A stretch of DNA of 64,000 nucleotides from Sedimentisphaerales bacterium (GTDB lineage Bacteria; Planctomycetota; Phycisphaerae; Sedimentisphaerales; Anaerobacaceae): contig OY970194.1 in the NCBI GenBank assembly GCA_963708075.1, positions 3,456,001-3,520,000 on the forward strand, in the 5' to 3' direction. The translations under genes were made by a program, and so were the position numbers. The notes under the pieces are model-generated. The model saw only the letters and a program-made list of their open reading frames with translations, ran no database searches and was not told where the DNA came from. Positions 1 through 9,814 of the stretch are shown here, piece after piece; position 1 is the first letter of the stretch, and every line of letters begins with the position of its first letter.

Positions 1-207
1 ATCTTCGTCATCGGGGCCCTGACGGCCCTGCTCAGCTACCTGCTGACGTTCTTCCGGGCCGAGTCTGCCGCCACCCATTTTGTGACACAGCTTCTATGGC
101 AGCCGCTGTATTCCGCCCTGCTCGGGCCGTTCTTGTTCTTCCCGATCGCCTGGTGGATGCGTATAGACAGGAAAAGCCGCAAGCGCAGAAGGCCGGGACT
201 AAGATGA
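1..207 (+). CDS. mreD: 3' end of a hydrophobic membrane protein, probably rod shape-determining protein MreD (partial)
   Basis: Frame 1 reads IFVIGALTALLSYLLTFF...PLYSALLGPFLFFPIAWWMRIDRKSRKRRRPGLR* (TM segments, basic tail). It lies directly upstream of a PBP2-type gene, as in mreBCD-mrdA operons. Confidence 0.6.
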   Translation: MFVIGALTALLSYLLTFFRAESAATHFVTQLLWQPLYSALLGPFLFFPIAWWMRIDRKSRKRRRPGLR

Positions 208-240
208 CGCCAGGATCCGTCTTGAGAATCATGTACGCCC

Positions 241-334
241 GGGTGGCAGCGGCAAGAGGAGTCTTCGGAGCTTGCCGATGGCGTGCGGACGTTGACACGA
301 GCCACCGGCAAGCTGGCGCCTGCCGCTGCCACCC
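241..334. repeat. REP-like palindrome family A (GGGTGGCAGCGGCAAG...CTTGCCGCTGCCACCC)
   Basis: Terminal inverted arms. Other copies at 2650-2743, 15843-15931, 19165-19206 (half), 23267-23303, 28730-28810 and 62419-62464, all intergenic. Confidence 0.9.
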
Positions 335-448
335 ATCATAAGCGATATTCTCTAAGCACCGTTTTAAGGTGGCCGGAGCAGTAGGGTGTGCATCGCACAC
401 CTTCCCATGTTCAGAGGCAGTGGTCCGTGAGGGCCGAGTCGATTCAGG

Positions 449-2599
449 ATGTACGACAAGCGAGTCAAAATATTCATTGCGATCAGCCTTGCGATGCTGC
501 TGATGTGCGTGCTGCGGCTGGCACAGATGCAGTTGCTCGCCGATTCCCAGCTTCAGGACGAGATCACCAGGCTCAAGCTGCAGAGAGGCTCCTCCAGGCA
601 GCTCAAGACCGTTCGGGGCAGGATTCTCGACAGGAAGGGCGACGTCCTGGCCGCCGATGCCCCGCGATTCCAGGTCTGCATCAGCTATCAGCTCAGCTCG
701 TTTCTCGATGACCGCGTGGTCGAGGCCCGCAGGCTCAAAGCCAGCGAGAAAGAAGCCAATCCTTCCCTGGTTGACTTCTACAACGAGATCGAGGCGCAAC
801 GCAACCAACTCAACGAGGTCATCATCCCGGGCTGTGTCAAGCTCGGCCTGAGTGAGCAGGAAGTCCGGAGCGAGATCAAGGTCATCAACGACTACATGTG
901 GAATCAGCGTGCTTTCCAGGCCTGGCGGGGCGGCACCCCCGACCCGAACCTGCTCGCGAAATACCCTGACATCCGCAGCGTCCCGCTATCGAAAGCGATG
1001 GAAGACTTCGAGGAACGCTTTCCCGATCCCAATGAGCGGCTGCGGCGAGTGGCCAACGTGGACGACCTCCGCGAGATGGACAAGCCCATGCCCCTGCTGG
1101 AGCTGAAGACGGACGACGATATCTTCGCCGCCCAGCTCGAGTTCAAGGACATCAATGACATCAAGATTCTGCCCCTGGGGTATCGGCAGTACCCGCACGG
1201 CTCGGTCGCGTCCCAGACCGTCGGCTGGGTGGGTGTGGCTACGCAGGAGCAAGACAAAGAGTTGTTCGAGGACGACCGGCTCGCCAGCTACCTCGAAGGC
1301 GAGCTCTGCGGGCGGGAGGACGGGGTCGAGTACGTCTGCGAGAGCATCCTGCGAGGCCACCGGGGAGAGCTGGTCTATGATATCGACCGCGAGCTGGTCC
1401 GGCAGAACGAGCCGGATTACGGCGACGACGTTGTCCTGACGCTCGACGTCGCCCTTCAACAGAAGATCGAAGAAGACCTGTCGAGCCCGCAAATCAACCC
1501 GCTCTACCACGCCGCGGGGATGGCCGCCGTCGTGATCGAGGTGGGCTCGGGGGACATCCTGGCTCTCGCGTCTTTGCCGACGTACGATCTGAATAGCGCC
1601 CGATACAAATACGGCGACATCTTGAAGGACCCCGGCAAGCCGGCGATTCACCGGGCCATCAACAAGGAGTATCCCCCCGGCTCGTCCGTCAAGCCGATCA
1701 TCCTGGTCGCCGCGATGGAGGCGGGCCTGGTCACGGCCGAAGAGGTCATCGACTGTCCATCGCACGAGGCCCCCACCGGCTGGCCCAACTGCTTGATCTG
1801 GCGATCCAGTCGCGTCGGCCACAGCAGTCAGTGGACCAACAACGCCCGCAATGCCCTCAAAGGAAGCTGCAACATCTACTTCTCGCGACTGGCGTATCGG
1901 TTCGATCCGCTCGTGCTGCAGCGCTGGCTCTTTCTCTTCGGGTACGGGCGACCGCTGCCATTGGCCTGCCCGGTCCCGCCGCCGGCCGACCAGGAGGTGC
2001 GACAACTGCGTCAATCGCCGGGGCAGATCAGCACGACGCGCCCGACGGCCAGGCAGATCCAATCGTTCGATGACATCCCCCCGATGCGCAGGAGCGACAA
2101 GGCGCACTTCGGCATCGGACAGGGCAACCTGTGGGCGACGCCGCTTCAGGTGACCAATGCCTTTGCCACGATCGCGCGGGGCGGCCTGCACATGCCACCG
2201 CGATTGTTCAAGCAGCCCTCGCCCAGCGCCGGCGGCCCCAACCTGTCGGCCGACCTGAACATTTCCGCGCACACGCTCGAGGTCGTCCGTGACGGCATGA
2301 GCGCCGTGGCCAACGAGCGAGGCGGCACCGCGTATGAGGCCTTCGCCCCCGCGAGGCTCTCCCGTTACGGCGTACACGTGTACGGCAAGACCGGCTCCAC
2401 CGGGCGCCCCGACACCGCATGGTTCGCCGGCTTCGTCGAGGACACGCGCGGACGCAAGCTCGCCCTGGCCATCGTCGTCGAGGGCGGCCAGAGCGGCTCC
2501 CACGACGCCGCCCCCCTGGCCTGCCACATCATCAAGCTGTGCATCGACGCCGGCTACATCGGCAACGTCGCCCCCGCAACGAGAGCCCCTGCGCAGTGA
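449..2599 (+). CDS. mrdA: Class B penicillin-binding protein 2 (peptidoglycan transpeptidase)
   Basis: N-terminal TM, RGxILDR dimerisation motif, PGSSVK (SxxK), SCN (SxN), KTG motifs; follows an mreD-like gene. Confidence 0.85.
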   Translation: MYDKRVKIFIAISLAMLLMCVLRLAQMQLLADSQLQDEITRLKLQRGSSRQLKTVRGRILDRKGDVLAADAPRFQVCISYQLSSFLDDRVVEARRLKASEKEANPSLVDFYNEIEAQRNQLNEVIIPGCVKLGLSEQEVRSEIKVINDYMWNQRAFQAWRGGTPDPNLLAKYPDIRSVPLSKAMEDFEERFPDPNERLRRVANVDDLREMDKPMPLLELKTDDDIFAAQLEFKDINDIKILPLGYRQYPHGSVASQTVGWVGVATQEQDKELFEDDRLASYLEGELCGREDGVEYVCESILRGHRGELVYDIDRELVRQNEPDYGDDVVLTLDVALQQKIEEDLSSPQINPLYHAAGMAAVVIEVGSGDILALASLPTYDLNSARYKYGDILKDPGKPAIHRAINKEYPPGSSVKPIILVAAMEAGLVTAEEVIDCPSHEAPTGWPNCLIWRSSRVGHSSQWTNNARNALKGSCNIYFSRLAYRFDPLVLQRWLFLFGYGRPLPLACPVPPPADQEVRQLRQSPGQISTTRPTARQIQSFDDIPPMRRSDKAHFGIGQGNLWATPLQVTNAFATIARGGLHMPPRLFKQPSPSAGGPNLSADLNISAHTLEVVRDGMSAVANERGGTAYEAFAPARLSRYGVHVYGKTGSTGRPDTAWFAGFVEDTRGRKLALAIVVEGGQSGSHDAAPLACHIIKLCIDAGYIGNVAPATRAPAQ

Positions 2600-2992
2600 C
2601 TGTCGACCGCATCACCCCACATCTGCCTTCTCGCCAGATCGCCTGGTTTGGGTGGCAGCGGCAAGCGCAGCTTGCCGATGGCTCACAGGATACGCGTCAA
2701 TACCATCGGCAAGCTCCGAAGACTCCGCTTGCCGCTGCCACCCGTTGCCCCGAAATCCGAGTTTGACCCACGACCCGCTCGGACTTGTAGGATGGGCTTT
2801 AGCCCATGCGGAAGGCTCAAAAATTGCCGGAACGCAGGAACCTCCTGTTCGCCGGGTGGCACCGCCAAACTCGTTTGACGGTGCTCCTTCGACCGAGTCT
2901 GATCCATCCAGGTCCCACGGGCAAACGAGTTTGCCCGTGCCACCCAGGATTGGACCTTTCCACGCTAGACAGGTACCGGGGCAAGTCCCACC

Positions 2993-4069
2993 CTACACGC
3001 TGATGCTGATTGGCGTGTTGAGGCGGGACAGGGTGTCCTGCAGGACTTCGAAGAATTTCTGATTGTCGGGCCAGAGGATTCGGTCGTCCTGCGGCATGGG
3101 CCCGTCGATCCGATCCAGGAAGCGGGCAAGCGCGGCCTCTGTCAGCCAGGGCGACGATACGCCCAGCCCGAGTCGCTCTGCATAGTGCGCGTTGATGATC
3201 TGTTCATACTGCCCGGCCAGGGGCAGCAGCAACATGCGTTTTCGCAGGTAGAGACATTCGCTCATCAGGGAAAAGCCCGCCGAGGCGATCACGCCCCGAG
3301 CGCCGGCCACGTCGCGCAGAAACCCGTCGGTCGATCGCTTCTTGAAGATGCAGTTCCGTGCCTCCACGTCCTTGTTGAACCCGTACACGAGGAACTTCTG
3401 GCCGGGGAATTTGAACAGCGTGTCGCGCAGCCGGTCCTCGTGCGTGCCCGTCGTGGAGTACAGGACGATGTGGCCTCCGTCGGAGGGTGTCAGGGCGGTG
3501 ACAGCGTCGCGTATGACCGGCGGGACGAGCACGGCCCGCTCGTGCCTGAGCGGGGCCTTGAAGAAATTGATCATGACATACGCCTGGGCCCCAACGCAGT
3601 GCAGCCGTGTCACGAACATCGAGGTGGTGCGCGGGACGATGTTGCGGAGCCGGTGCTCCAGCTTGCACATGGTCAGCATGTGCTCGTTGTCGAGGCTGAT
3701 GAACGGGACCTTGTTGTACCAGGCCCACCAGCCGCTGAAGGGCTCGAAGTCCGTCACGACGAGGTCCGGCTGGAACGGCCGGTACACCTGGTCAAAGAGC
3801 TTCTTGTTCATCCGCGTGCCCGTGGTGAGCTGAGCCAGATTCTTGCGGATGGTCGCCAGCGGCTGGACGTACCCCTTGCTGTACTCATACGTCAGCCCGA
3901 AGATCTCCTTGACCTTCTCCCCATAGTACTGGCGCAAATACAGCAACCCCCGGTGCGAGCTGGCGAACAGCACGTCATGCCCGGCATCGAGGAATCGCTG
4001 TGCGATCAGGTGCACCCGGCTGGCGTGCCCAAACCCCTCGCCACACGCCGCATAGATGATTCTGGCCAT
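2993..4069 (-). CDS. GT-B glycosyltransferase (MJ1255/VC2487-like family)
   Basis: N-terminal GEGFGHASR, TDFEP, AGFSLMSE and GQYEQxxNA motifs. Confidence 0.8.
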   Translation of the reverse strand: MARIIYAACGEGFGHASRVHLIAQRFLDAGHDVLFASSHRGLLYLRQYYGEKVKEIFGLTYEYSKGYVQPLATIRKNLAQLTTGTRMNKKLFDQVYRPFQPDLVVTDFEPFSGWWAWYNKVPFISLDNEHMLTMCKLEHRLRNIVPRTTSMFVTRLHCVGAQAYVMINFFKAPLRHERAVLVPPVIRDAVTALTPSDGGHIVLYSTTGTHEDRLRDTLFKFPGQKFLVYGFNKDVEARNCIFKKRSTDGFLRDVAGARGVIASAGFSLMSECLYLRKRMLLLPLAGQYEQIINAHYAERLGLGVSSPWLTEAALARFLDRIDGPMPQDDRILWPDNQKFFEVLQDTLSRLNTPISISV

Positions 4070-4378
4070 CGGTTACCTGGCTCCAACACTCTCAAACGCA
4101 ACCCAAAGGCCGCTTAGTGTACCACATTTCCCCCCGCCCGTCAGTACCATCGAGGAAAGTACGAAGCACGAATCTCGAAATCCGAAACAAATTCAAATGA
4201 CTGAAATTCCAATGGCGAAAACGCTCTCGCCTGGACTCGTGTTGGCCTTGGCTACTCGTTTGTAGTGTGCTCGTAGGAGCCTGCCCTGAGCCTGCCGAAG
4301 GGGCATAAAGAAACGCCTCACGGCATCACTACGAGCACCCTCGCCGGCTCCGCCTCCTGATCGCGGAGCCTGCCCCCT

Positions 4379-4408
4379 GTATGTCATTCCCGCGAAGGCG
4401 GGAATCCA
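4379..4408 (+). repeat. Left 30-bp inverted repeat of GIY-YIG cassette (REP family B, GTCATTCCCGCGAAGGCGGGAATCCA)
   Basis: GTATGTCATTCCCGCGAAGGCGGGAATCCA is the exact reverse complement of 4714-4743. Confidence 0.95.
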
Positions 4409-4419
4409 TCTTGTCCGGC

Positions 4420-4707
4420 TTAGTCTTCGCACAGGTCCTTCCACTCAGGGTTATGCTCCTCAATGAGCCGGATCTTCCACGACCGGTTCCACTTCTTCAG
4501 ACGTTTCTCCGCCGTCAGGGCATCGCCGATTCTGCAGAAGGTTTCAAAGTAGACCAGCCTGTGCACACCATATCGCTTGGTAAAGCCGGGCGCCATGCCG
4601 CACTTGTGTTGGTGGAGACGGTGTTGCAGATCACTCGTCACACCGATGTACAATGTCCCGTTCTTCCTGCTGGCCAGGATGTACACGTAGTAACACTTCA
4701 CTTCCAT
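4420..4707 (-). CDS. Small GIY-YIG nuclease (UPF0213/YhbQ-like), 95 aa
   Basis: YYVYILAS..NGTLYIGVTSDLxxRLxQH, FTKRYGV, EKRLKKWNRSWK motifs; start placed at the ATG at 4707, inside the repeat. Confidence 0.9.
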   Translation of the reverse strand: MEVKCYYVYILASRKNGTLYIGVTSDLQHRLHQHKCGMAPGFTKRYGVHRLVYFETFCRIGDALTAEKRLKKWNRSWKIRLIEEHNPEWKDLCED

Positions 4708-4713
4708 GGTTCC

Positions 4714-4743
4714 TGGATTCCCGCCTTCGCGGGAATGACATAC
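4714..4743 (-). repeat. Right 30-bp inverted repeat of GIY-YIG cassette
   Basis: TGGATTCCCGCCTTCGCGGGAATGACATAC, perfect inverse of 4379-4408. Confidence 0.95.
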
Positions 4744-4823
4744 TGGGCGTCTGACCCACGTCAGTAGTCCGTGAAACGCCGAATCCATTCGGCCCAGCCG
4801 CACAGGCTGTGCCCACCTGCTCC

Positions 4824-6822
4824 CTATCTGCGCGGCTCCCCAGGCGGTTGCCTCGAAGACGATTTTGGTCTCTCATCTCGAAGCCAGTTCCGCCCCAGCA
4901 TCGCCAAGTCCTCAGCGTCAACCCGGCAGTCGCCATTGATGTCGCCGGGAATCTGCGTTTCACATACCGGCCCACCGAAATAGGATTTGCTCGCCTCCGC
5001 CGTGCCGCCGTAGGCACCCATGTTGATTCTGCCTCCGTTGGGGAAAGTTTCCTGTCCTACTGGACTATTCGGATCGCCGGCATCAATGCATGGACTCGTC
5101 AGCTCATCCTTGACCCAGTTGCTGCCGACCGGGTCCCATCGGCCGGCTTGAGATTTCAGGTGATAGTCGCCGTCAACCCAGTAGTCATCGCTAAGACTAT
5201 CGGGGGTGCCGTTTGAATCCCAGTAGCCTGGGTTGGCAAGACAGGGATCGCCAGAGATGTTGCTTTCTCCCCACACCAATATGCAGTGTGGATCGAGTGC
5301 GATGTTCGATCGCCCACGCTCTAACAGACAGTAAGAGACTGTGACAGTAGATGGGTGAGAGCCGTCTGGATACTCTCCCGCAAACACGGCAGATCCTTGC
5401 GGAGACAGATTGGCTGAAAGGACACTGTTCACGACGCTGGTGGAGTCCTCGTAATATGTGGCGATTGCCCCTCCCATGAGCGAGGCTCGATTGTTCGCAA
5501 ATGTACAATTGCTGATCGTCGTCTCACTTCGTGAGGTATATAGACATCCCCCTTGTTCCTCGGCACCATTTCCTGAGAACAACGTCCGCTCTATGAGCAA
5601 CTTGCCTATTCTATTATGTATCCCTCCTCCTCGTCTTCCCGCGTGGTTGTCGCTGAAACTGCAACGTGATACATCTACTTTGCCTCCCTCAATGTTCATT
5701 GCCGCTCCATAAGCAGCGGCATTCCCTCGGAACTTCGAATCATCGATGCTCAAATCGCTATACCGCACAACCAGGGCCCCCTGATCGTTCTTTATGAATG
5801 CACTGCGACTTATGCTCGTCATAGTTCCGGCGATGAGCACAGCAGGTTCTCGTGCGTACATCGACATGTTATCTACAAACTCACAGTCTGTAGCCTCGAA
5901 AGTACAGTCTGCAAGATGTAGCGCAGAAAGAGTATACCACGAGGAGTTCCTTTCAAAGGTGCACCCGCTCATTGTGACTTCTGGGATCTGGACAAACGAC
6001 GCTCCTCCTATTCCTCGGAAGCTGAAATTGTCCAGGAACAGGCAGTCCTTCATAATCACCTGCTCGGACGCATGAATGTAAACGCCCCCTGCCCTGGCGA
6101 ACGCCGAGTTCGATATGAAACGGCAGGCCGTGAGGACCAGCGGCCCCTCTTGATGGAAGAGGCCACCACTGCAGTCTTCGTCTCTAATGATGAGGACAGG
6201 GTCACGGCCTGCCCACAAATACGGCGGAAGATAAGCGTTTCCGGCGGTTACTGTCAGGCCGTCGAGTACGACGCACTGGCCAGCACTACTCGACGTCACC
6301 ACGTGCAGACTATCTTCGCGTCGGGTCGATTCGATCAGCAGGCACCATCGATCCGGACGATCCCATCTGCCTTCGTTCGGCGCGGGGACAAAATCGCAGG
6401 GGTCTTCGCTCAGGACATCATCGCCCGCCAGATCGCCGCTGAGGATCGTCTCGTAGGCTTGGACATCGCGCCTATTTGGGTCAGGCGCCCGGATTCCGGC
6501 ATAGCTGCCTTTGACAGCCACACCACTGAATACGTGGAAGGTCGCGTTGCGGTTCTCGGGAGCCCTCAGGCCGTGCCTCGCTACGATCCGGCCTGTACAC
6601 CCCTTGAGCCACCCGGACCTCCACGGGCTTATCCGCCGCATTTGCGTCCGCCAGAGCGTCCTGCAGGTATTTGTAGGCATTCTGCCAGGACGAGCCATCG
6701 CCAAGGCCATTAGCGTCGTCGTCTACGTAGATGATCTTGCCCCAGCTATCACAGGCAAGTGCCGCAAGTATGGCTGCGCTCAGCAGAAGCGTCTTGGTTG
6801 TCCTGATCCTGTCGCCGGGCAT
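4824..6822 (-). CDS. Secreted right-handed parallel beta-helix protein with C-terminal dockerin-like motif; apparent +1 frameshift at 6551-6557
   Basis: Signal peptide and IIYVDDDA...GSSWQNAY start in ORF 6481-6822; the rest (NATF, GGA/FxxN repeats, SPCIDAGDP, GDINGDCRVDAEDL) is in ORF 4824-6710. Deleting one A from GAGAACC joins them as GSRDRNATF. Confidence 0.8.
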
Positions 6823-7329
6823 TGATTCTCACCTCCCGCTGGCGCCTCCGGGATGTGGTCACGAGGATGCCGATGGCTCCGCCGGGTTCGCTCTCACGAC
6901 TGTCCTTCTCTCATGGCCGCCTTTTTCGCCGGGGGTCACACCAGATAGCGTATAGTGTACAGGGTAAAGCCGGCGGGGTCAAGCGAATCGTCGGCACGAG
7001 TCCCACCCTGTGGGACCTGTCTGTAGTGCGCCCGTGAGGGCATATTCGCTCCTGGAATAGAAGAGAACGCCTTACGGCGTCACTACGAACGACGCCCCCA
7101 GGCAGGGTTCCCATCGCTCCTGGACCGAGGACGGTCAGAGCCCATAGGCCCCCGGCTGTGCGAAAAGAAACAATCGCACTGTAAGTCCCTGTGCCGCAGG
7201 CACTTCCAGGTATTATCACTATCTAACAGAAATTCCAGCAACATTTCGACTCCCGGAGCGTCTATAGTATATGGTCTGATGACCACGTCTCACCGGGCGC
7301 CGGTGCGCCCAGCCAAGCCTGATGGCTAC

Positions 7330-7655
7330 GCTCAAATCAACAACCACCGGCTGAGCCGGTGGTATGAGGAAGGCCCCTAAAAGGGGCCGTATAACTGACT
7401 TTCTGATAACGCAGCTACTGACGGACCGATCCGCCCTCTGACAGAAGTCCTTATGGATGACTCTACTACGACAATTCGGTACAATAGCCGCATGGTACTT
7501 GCGCTCCCACGTCACGTGGGCCCGACTCTGCCAATCTTTCATGATAGTCCTCCTTTAGCCTCCGGGCCTTTCTCTGGGAGGACTATCGTAAACAAGACGC
7601 ACGAAATGGCAGAGCCTTTTCAATTCTCACCGGCAGAGCCGGTGGTTTACGCACT
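7330..7655 (-). mobile_element. Internally deleted IS200/IS605-family (Y1 TnpA) relic
   Basis: Degenerate TnpA N-terminus MKDWQSRAHVTWERKYHAAIVP (ATG 7542) between matching subterminal hairpins ACCACCGGC-TGA-GCCGGTGGT (7343-7363) and CACCGGC-AGA-GCCGGTG (7628-7644). Confidence 0.65.
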
Positions 7656-7661
7656 GAATTA

Positions 7662-8766
7662 TTGATCTTTGAATAGTTAAAGTAAAAGTGACACGATGTC
7701 ACAGTCTAAGCCCAGCATGCTTGAAGAACGAACGCAAGAGAGACTGGTGAGTTTTTGTCTGCTCCAGCGAATGTCGCACCGCCTGCGTGAGGTCAGTGAG
7801 ATTCTCCGGGCAGAAGTTGGCCAAGTCCATGTACTTCGTCCGCGTCCAGACCTGTTCATCAGGATTGAGTTGCGGGGCGTAGGACGGCAGCCATTCGATT
7901 TGTACTCGACGAGGGAACCGACGCCGGAGTTGCTCCACGGCGGACAGATGAACGGGCCAACGATCCAGGACCAGGATGATCCCGTGGGGAAAATGTTCAA
8001 GAAGTTCCGCCACGAGGGTTTCAATGTCGGGAGTACGGATGTTGTGCTCTTGGAGCGCGAAGTACAGGTCCAGATGCCGACGCTGCGGCGAGACCGTGAC
8101 CACCGACATTCCGGAGAGGCGGTCGTGACGCTCCCAACGGTACAGGAGCGGCGTATCCCCATGGGGACCCCAGGTCCGGCGGACCACCGGCTGGAGCATA
8201 AAGCCGGTTTCATCGAGAAAAACGATGTTTCGACCGCTATGCCGAGCTTTTTTTTATACGCGGCCAGTCTTGTTGACGCCAACGGGCAATGGCCTCTTCG
8301 TCGCGTTCGCGCGCCCGGCCTTCGGGTTTCTGGCAACTCCAGCCGATGCCACGCAGCACGTGCCAGACCCCGGAAGGGTCGTAGCGGACGCCGAAACGCC
8401 TCTCGATCACTTCGGCGATCCGCTTCAGCGTCCACAGGTCGGTCATATATCCGTGGGCGAGAGGACCTTTTAACAGCAACCGTTCCAGCTTCTGGCGTTG
8501 CCGGACCGTCAACTTGGGCCGGCGGCCGGGATGCGGCTTGGCCTTCAAGCCGTCCCGTCCCGCCTGCTGAGAAATCTTCTTCCACCGGGATACAGCCGCC
8601 GGCGAGACGCCGAGTCTCCGGGCCACTTCGCTGGGACCGTGACCGGCTTCGAGCAACGCGAAGGCCTGAAGCCGGTGACATTCGAGCTCTTCGGGTTTTC
8701 CTGGGGTTCTCATGCATGAAGATATCGATCCGTCACGGCGATTTACTTTAACTATTCAAAGATCAA
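7662..8766 (-). mobile_element. IS630-family insertion sequence (complete ends)
   Basis: Perfect 25-bp TIRs TTGATCTTTGAATAGTTAAAGTAAA (7662-7686 / 8742-8766), flanked by TA on both sides (7660-61, 8767-68). Confidence 0.92.
7699..8713 (-). CDS. IS630 transposase, split in two frames at an A8 run (8248-8255)
   Basis: HTH/winged-helix ORF 8237-8713 plus DDE_3 region (VFLDETGF, LVLDRWPVH, LPSYAPQLNPDE) in the +1 frame. Confidence 0.85.
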
Positions 8767-8845
8767 TAGGGATCAGACATCACACATCTCAGGAGGTCTT
8801 CCCCCGACCACGCAGGCACAAATTGCCGCCGGCGGGTACCAGGGT

Positions 8846-9767
8846 ATGCAAAACAAAGCCAATTGCGGGGCCGGGAGCCTGGGATTGCGGATTGAAGAGC
8901 GGGAGGGCCCGTGTCAAACAAAGCCAATTTCCCGGCCGGACGAGCGGTGGGCAGTGCCCTGGTTGTTCTACACATGTGTCAAGATAGTCCCGCAGGGACG
9001 GGTGATGATAGCCCACCGTTTCAACGGTGGGTACGAATGCCCGAACCCCCCAAGCCCCACAGGGGCGAAAGAAAGCCGCCACGACCTTTGGCGCATTCTC
9101 TCGTCCCTGACGGGACTGCTCTTGTTTGCGGCCCTGGTTCCCCAGCGATCAATCGCTGGGCTATGGACTTTCGCCCTGCGGGCTTGGTCCGGCCCACCTG
9201 GGATAACCAGAATCATTCCGTCAGGCCAAGATGTGTAGAACAACGAGGGCAGTGCCCACCCTACAAAATGGCTGCCAGGCAACTTGTGCGAAACAAAGCC
9301 AATGGCGGGCCGGGGGCCGGCGATTGCGGATTGGGGATTGCAGATTGCGGATTGAACAGCAGGAGCAAACGTATCAAACAAACCCATTTTCGGGGAGCAG
9401 GTGGGGGCAGGACGCCACAGGAGCAGTTGTGCGAAACAAAGCCAATCCTCAGGGACATGGGCAAGGCATGCCTGCGCAAGCGCAGGCATGGCACCCAGTT
9501 CACGGAGAGCCGGTCGTGCGAAACAAAGCCAATTGGCTGGGAGCTGGATGAGCGATAACTACCGTTCAGAAAAGGGATTAGGAGAAAACGCATGGATTAT
9601 GCCCGTGCGAAAACAAAGCCAATTTCCGGAAGAAGACAAGGCCAAGATGGCCTCGCCACGTGGGAGAGCCATTTATGCGAAACAAAGCCAATTGTCCCAG
9701 CGGGCCATAGAAGCGGATGAGTGGCCCATGCGTGCGGTGGGCTGTCGTGCGAAACAAAGCCGAAGTT
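8846..9767. repeat. Array of nine short direct repeats, core (GTGCG)AAACAAAGCCAAT, with variable spacers
   Basis: Core starts at 8851, 8916, 9291, 9376, 9434, 9521, 9611, 9680 and 9752. Confidence 0.9.
8959..9247. mobile_element. MITE with IS50/IS4-like 19-bp ends and 9-bp target duplication
   Basis: Ends CTGGTTGTTCTACACATGT and (reverse complement) CTCGTTGTTCTACACATCT; GGCAGTGCC duplicated at 8950-8958 and 9248-9256. Confidence 0.8.
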
Positions 9768-9814
9768 AGAGAACATAGGGCATATGGATAAGATTGAACC
9801 CGTGTGACGGGAGG

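Noticed and set aside
986..2527. Long antisense ORFs (also 9794-10972, 20157-21545, 41992-43821, 59948-61504)
   Set aside because: Shadow frames of well-supported genes in GC-rich DNA, with no recognisable motifs.
8959..9247. Nextera/Tn5 adapter contamination
   Set aside because: The ends differ from the mosaic end at 5 or more positions, occur as inverted pairs with target duplications, and have diverged between copies.
8846..9767. CRISPR array
   Set aside because: The repeat is only ~14-19 bp, non-palindromic and degenerate; periods vary from 58 to 90 bp; two spacers are related; no cas genes or leader are present.
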